A DNA stretch of 64,000 nucleotides from Carpediemonas membranifera BICM (Eukaryota; Protista; Fornicata). Positions 59,407-64,000 of the stretch are shown here, one piece after another. Numbering within the stretch: position 1 is the first letter of the stretch; every line of letters starts with the position of its first letter. The stretch is from positions 806,001-870,000 of the forward strand of contig JAHDYR010000025.1 of NCBI GenBank assembly GCA_019828565.1, in the 5' to 3' direction. Under the pieces are notes generated by a model. The model searched no databases. It saw only the letters and a list, made by a program, of their open reading frames with translations, and had not been told where the DNA came from. The translations under genes were made by a program, and so were the position numbers.

Positions 59407-61054
59407 TTACTGCTCGGCCCACGGGTCAAGGTCGACTGGGATGATCTCTGTCCGCCTTATGGACACCTCGCACTCGACCAACTCGGCCACCCCATCTGAC
59501 ACCGTCTTCGCGTAAAACCACTGGCCGGTGGAGTTGCGGAACGAGAGGACGTCGCTGTCACTAACCCACTGATTTCCAAATACTGTCACCTCAAAGGGCC
59601 CAGCGTACTGCTTGTCGTAATTGCAGAAATGAGTATGGCCATCAGTGACCCAGACATGAGTCGACTCTTGGCAATAGAACCCCCTGACTTTCTTTGGGAA
59701 GCGGAATGGGGTGGCTGTGAGGCAGCGAGCGTACTCACTGTACCCTGGCAGCAGGCCCGACTGGGCGATATGAGGGAGAACTTGGCCGGTGAACAGCAGC
59801 TGGCGGCCGCTGAGGAAGTAATTGAAGGTATTATCTAGCCCAATGCTTGGTATCCGGTCGACCCTGAAGGGCAGCTCCTCGAAGCCAGTCATCTCGTTCT
59901 CGTGCCCGAGTCCCAGCCGGCCATACTCATTATCTCCACTGATCATTTGCCGATCGCCCATGGAGAGGATGACAGCGCTGTTCCATAAATGCATGATGTG
60001 ATCTGGGACAAAGCCAGCGGGCACGGCGACTGGGTGGAAGCGTTCGGTGTTCGCCTCGACTGGGCCGACATACCTTCTTGGACCCTCACCAGCCATGACA
60101 GTGCCGACCGGGGTGAGAATGAGCGCCTGCCATCCATCCATCGACACATCCGTCACCATCCTGTACTTATCCCAGGCGGGCAGGCTGGCCTCGCGCTCGG
60201 CGACCTTGGGGCAGTTGGGGAAGGTGAGGCGGGTCGGGTCGACGAACCCAATGACTTGAACCCCAGCTGACCATAATAGTTCTCCCCCCAGCCCCACAGA
60301 CCCTTGGGCGTCCTGGCGATATGGGTGTACCTGTCGCTGTAGACCTCGAGGGCCCGGGGCATCCTGGCCCTGGTGAGGGCGGTGTGCTTGTCAGTGTCGA
60401 GCATGAAGAGTCGGCCCATGTACATGCGGTGGTGGTAACATCCGTAACAGTTACCACACTCATCCTCGTCACTGCACTGATAGCTCTCGCCGTCCTTCTC
60501 GGCGACGTTCAGCGTGAAGAAGAACTTGCGGCAGAGGAACCAGAGGCACTTGGCCTCGGGGGTGAGAGCCTTGCGGATCTTGTTATGCAAATCGGTTGCG
60601 TCTGGCCACTTCTCTCGAGCCTCGTCCAGCACCCTGTCCTCGAGGTCTGGGTTGGCCCCGCCACCCAGCAGACACGCCCACACCGCGCCCTGGTTCAGCG
60701 TGTGCATGGCGACCGGGAGCTCCTCGCCGTCCGCGAGCTCGACGTTCATGGACAGCGGGGGGCCGCTGGTGAGGATCGAGCAGGCGCGGTCGAGGAGGGC
60801 TTGCGCGGTTGGCTTGAGAGGGGGATCTTGCAGAGCGTGGCGAGGAGGGATTCGAGAGAAGGGGCGCTCGTTGGTGTAGAAGTGCTATCTGTTTTGTGCA
60901 TCGAGGGCATTTGTTCGCCGAAGTGTCTGGAGTAGGCGCACTGGAGCAACGAGGGGATGTCCCCAGAGATGGAGGCCGTTGCGGTGAGCGTGGCGCGATG
61001 TGCGGAGATAAGCGCATCTCTGATGGCCGATGGCGAGGAACTAGCGCTGCTCAT
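59407..61054 (-). pseudogene. RCC1-like family copy 8 (type-B; same two frameshifts as copy 7)
   Basis: Split over ORFs 60746..61063, 60153..60749 and 59407..60297. It is an inverted near-copy of 54536..56189. Confidence 0.85.
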
Positions 61055-61357
61055 CGCTTTCAACGCTCAGTTCGGTGATGGCCAAATTCTGACTGACGAC
61101 TTGCTGACCACCGCTGCGGATCAGACGCGACGCTGTGAGTCACGAGCTCAGTCTAGAGCCAGCAGCATTTGTCTCCCAACCTGCTGATGGCCTCTGAACT
61201 CTGCCCCGCAGTCATCCCAAGAAGACCTCCAAGCTGTCCAAGAACCTTGCGATCTTTAGAAGTCAGATTCCTGCAATGTAGTGTGCTTCAAGAAATATGT
61301 ACAGAGAAAGAAAGGCCACCACTCCCCAATGGTCCAATCGCTCGTAACGTCGTAAAA

Positions 61358-64000
61358 ATGAGCAAATTATGGCACAACAATTGGAGACCAAACCGGGACA
61401 ACCAAGAGGAAATGCCCAATGCAGGATCGCTTTCCCGGCTTGTATTGAACAAGCAGGCTGGAATTGCGCTCAAGAAAGCCATAGTTGTCGATCTTCGCGG
61501 GAAATCATGTACTGACCTTCGTTTCATCGATGATTGCGTGCGAATGGAGACGTTGATCGCTGATAACTGTGGGCTAACAGATATATCGCGCATGGACGGC
61601 TGCCACGCGCTCTTCAACTTCTCTGCGGCCCACAACGGCCTCACAGTGCTTGATACCCTCTCATCCTTCGCCTCTTTCGGCGTCCTGAATCTCTCCCACA
61701 ACTTTATCGAGTTCGACCACCTCCTAGCCATCCACAGCTGTCAGGTCGTCTCTCTATGGCTCGAAGGAACGCCACTGGCCTCCGACCCTCACTACCGCAT
61801 ACTCGTGACCCTCGCCTGCCCCCTCGCTTGGGCTCTAGACGGTATCCCCTTCACCGCAGAGGAGAGGGCCGCAGCACAGGCGATCAGAGACGGCACGGGC
61901 GTCATACCCGCTCCACCACTGCCACCCCTCCTCTTGTCGCGAGAGGTGAAGAAGTCGAGGATGGCTGCGATGACAGAGGACGCGACACCGACGGTCAGGA
62001 CGGTCTTTGACCAGATGTTCCCAGCCTCTACGGCGGCCAGACCCACCTCGAGCGTGATGACGGCGAGATACCGTTATCTGATCCAATCTCACAGGATATG
62101 GGCTGACCAGTGGGTTGCATACACGCGACTCATGAACCGTCAGCCATCCCTCCCATTCAAATGGCCGCTGACCGCCACCAACACCACCAAGGCTGGTCTG
62201 GCCACCCTCATCGTCTGGGCGGCCACAACACCCCTGCCCCAGCGGAACGATAGCCCACCCACCTCACTGGTCACCCCCTCAGAGTTCCATCCCCACCTGG
62301 GTCTGCTCTGCTCCGCCCTGGGGGTCGATCCGTCCCTTGCCGCGGCCCCCACGCCTGTTCTCCTTGCTGTAGCCCACTCCTTCCTCACCGCGCTCAAGAG
62401 CCACGTTGTTCCAGATGCTACAGGGTTGTGTCAGATCGCAGACCCATCCAGTGACGCACAACTCGCGAAGTTTATCAACAAGGGCGCGTATGACTCAATC
62501 ATGGCCTTCCTGACCCGAGGGGAGGATTTGGATCCAATCGTGTCAGATATAGCCTTCCTGTACCTCACCAGCATCGAAATGGAGGTCACGCGGACCAAGG
62601 ACCGCACTGCAGTCCCGCTGCGGGCGTTCAGGGCTCAGGTTGCGTCGGGATTCAGCAAGGAGCAGCAGCCGAACCCCGACCACGTCAGTGTGCTTAGTTC
62701 GACGGTCAGGGGTGTGCGAGAGGCCGTGATTCTCTCAGGATATTGGGATATGTTCTGTCGCGGTGACATTCCGGACCACCCTGAGGCAGCCATCCTGCCC
62801 GCGGCCCACATTGGGCGTGAGGTCAGGAGCGCTGTGATGAAGCGTTTGTCAGACATAGCCAGTACAGAATCTGATATCGGATCGGCTGAAGATTTAGCGA
62901 ATCTGAAAAATCGGATACGAATGCTTCGTGAGCCCGCGTATCGGCTCAAGCTTGAGAAGGAAGAGGCCCGTGTCGAGAAGGAGCGTTCGTTTGCTGCCTC
63001 TATGCAACAGGCGCTAGACCAGGGCGGCGTCACCGATGTTGAGCAGACCCAGACCGCCAGAGAGGCGAGTGAGGACGCCAGGGCAGGGGTTGCACGAGAG
63101 ACAGTCGTGGCAGGCGTAACCGTCACCGAGGGCGAGACGCATGCGCCAGTTTCTTCGACGTCTGGCCCTGCTGAGGGGTCGACCCGAAAAGTCAAAGTCA
63201 GAGTCAAGTCAGCGGAGGTTGTCACGGCCCCTGCGGTCGGGCATCACGTGGTCCTAGCATCCGGGGCCATGGGTCGGGTGGTCGATACCATAGATACTGT
63301 AGCTTATGTTACAGACATTGATGGCGAGATCCACGTCGTCCCTCTACCGGAGCTGGTCGAAGAAATCTCGACAACGAGCCTGAAGCCGTTCGTCGTTTGG
63401 CGACACCGCCCCAGCAACACTCCCATGAGCACCTATCGCCCAAAGCCGAAGCCCCAGGGTCAAGCCAGGCAGAAGCCCCCACAGGTCGAAGCTTTCAGCC
63501 GTGAAGACTCCCAGCGCACGGAGTTCGGCCTCGTAAGCACCACCGTGGCCAATGTCTCGCGTCATGTGCCCAGTGCCCGGGCATGGACGCCGATCAAAGT
63601 GCAGAGGGTGATTACGCTGGATGAAACCCTGCTTAACCCGCCTGATGAGGCCGAGCAGCTCGAGAAGGAGACGGCCAGACTGCTCACGACAATGAGCGTG
63701 GGCAGCTTGACGGGAAAGAAGGCGTTTATTACTGAGTCGTCACCCCTCACAAGCCAGATCATTGACGCCGAGAACAAGGCGCTCCACACGACCATATCAG
63801 ACGCCCAGCATGAGCGACGCAAGATCCTCGATGACATTGGTGCAGTTTTACCCGAGTACAACCCTCTCAGGACGACCGAGATGGTGCAGCAAGCCCGGGC
63901 CGACGCCGCCAAGGGGCCAACCGTCCGCCCTCCGACCAAGTGGTTCAAAAACACGACCCTGCCTCGCAATAAGAACACTCTAGGCGCACCCATGCTCACG
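61358..64000 (+). CDS. Leucine-rich-repeat protein (SDS22-like LRRs plus LRRcap), 3' end outside window
   Basis: Not in the ORF track, presumably because no stop falls within the window. Manual translation gives VVDLRGKSCTDL, LIADNCGLTDI, FSAAHNGLTVL, VLNLSHNFIE, SLWLEGTPLASDPHYRILVTLACPLAWALDGIPFTAEER (LRRcap). Start is uncertain (61358 or 61412). Confidence 0.8.
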   Translation, partial: MSKLWHNNWRPNRDNQEEMPNAGSLSRLVLNKQAGIALKKAIVVDLRGKSCTDLRFIDDCVRMETLIADNCGLTDISRMDGCHALFNFSAAHNGLTVLDTLSSFASFGVLNLSHNFIEFDHLLAIHSCQVVSLWLEGTPLASDPHYRILVTLACPLAWALDGIPFTAEERAAAQAIRDGTGVIPAPPLPPLLLSREVKKSRMAAMTEDATPTVRTVFDQMFPASTAARPTSSVMTARYRYLIQSHRIWADQWVAYTRLMNRQPSLPFKWPLTATNTTKAGLATLIVWAATTPLPQRNDSPPTSLVTPSEFHPHLGLLCSALGVDPSLAAAPTPVLLAVAHSFLTALKSHVVPDATGLCQIADPSSDAQLAKFINKGAYDSIMAFLTRGEDLDPIVSDIAFLYLTSIEMEVTRTKDRTAVPLRAFRAQVASGFSKEQQPNPDHVSVLSSTVRGVREAVILSGYWDMFCRGDIPDHPEAAILPAAHIGREVRSAVMKRLSDIASTESDIGSAEDLANLKNRIRMLREPAYRLKLEKEEARVEKERSFAASMQQALDQGGVTDVEQTQTAREASEDARAGVARETVVAGVTVTEGETHAPVSSTSGPAEGSTRKVKVRVKSAEVVTAPAVGHHVVLASGAMGRVVDTIDTVAYVTDIDGEIHVVPLPELVEEISTTSLKPFVVWRHRPSNTPMSTYRPKPKPQGQARQKPPQVEAFSREDSQRTEFGLVSTTVANVSRHVPSARAWTPIKVQRVITLDETLLNPPDEAEQLEKETARLLTTMSVGSLTGKKAFITESSPLTSQIIDAENKALHTTISDAQHERRKILDDIGAVLPEYNPLRTTEMVQQARADAAKGPTVRPPTKWFKNTTLPRNKNTLGAPMLT

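Noticed and set aside
1-64000. Hundreds of overlapping or antisense ORFs in the track (e.g. 3165..4478-, 28908..30413-, 47657..48802-, 56496..57404+)
   Set aside because: These are shadow frames of GC3-rich real genes. They are low-complexity S/R/A-rich or mirror translations with no motifs.
1-64000. CRISPR array, rRNA, tRNA, transposase/RT/integrase
   Set aside because: I saw no regularly spaced short repeats, no convincing cloverleaf with A/B boxes, and no DDE, RT or tyrosine-recombinase motifs. The RCC1-like family is therefore not called a mobile element. Small ncRNAs cannot be excluded by eye.
1-64000. Non-standard genetic code (TAA/TAG = Gln as in hexamitid diplomonads)
   Set aside because: Conserved genes end at TAA or TAG where homologues end (lplA TAG, thrC TAA), and long ORFs have no internal TAA/TAG.

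Overview
This is gene-dense, GC-rich, intron-poor eukaryotic DNA, not prokaryotic. It has short intergenics, a dynein heavy chain, SAS-4/TCP10, VPS9, FIBP and CTLH/CRA genes, and three short GT-AG introns all ending in CTCAC-N-CAG. AGTAAA(T/C) motifs sit at or just after many stop codons. This pattern fits an anaerobic metamonad flagellate (Fornicata, Carpediemonas-like), which is an inference. The standard genetic code is used. The dominant structure is a dispersed family of RCC1-like repeat genes: 8 near-full copies (3 intact ORFs, 5 disrupted) and at least 3 tail remnants. All 8 copies share a nucleotide-invariant 58-bp box. It sits downstream of three alternative N-terminal modules and upstream of a C-terminal propeller region that is a patchwork of segments shared between different copies. 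This is the best candidate for an undescribed system, namely segmental gene-conversion or cassette-shuffling diversification. Several copies sit as inverted pairs, or in tandem, around prokaryote-like metabolic genes (arsC, OYE flavin oxidoreductase, DUF4241-like, lplA). Other highlights are a full-length outer-arm-type dynein heavy chain with no canonical Walker A motif, an NAD(P)HX dehydratase fused to cold-shock/OB domains, a degenerate class III cyclase, a pseudo-GTPase head-to-head with a VPS9 GEF, and a ~983-bp inverted duplication of a secreted-protein gene. No rRNA, tRNA, CRISPR or transposase could be supported. All family assignments are by-eye motif recognition, not database results.
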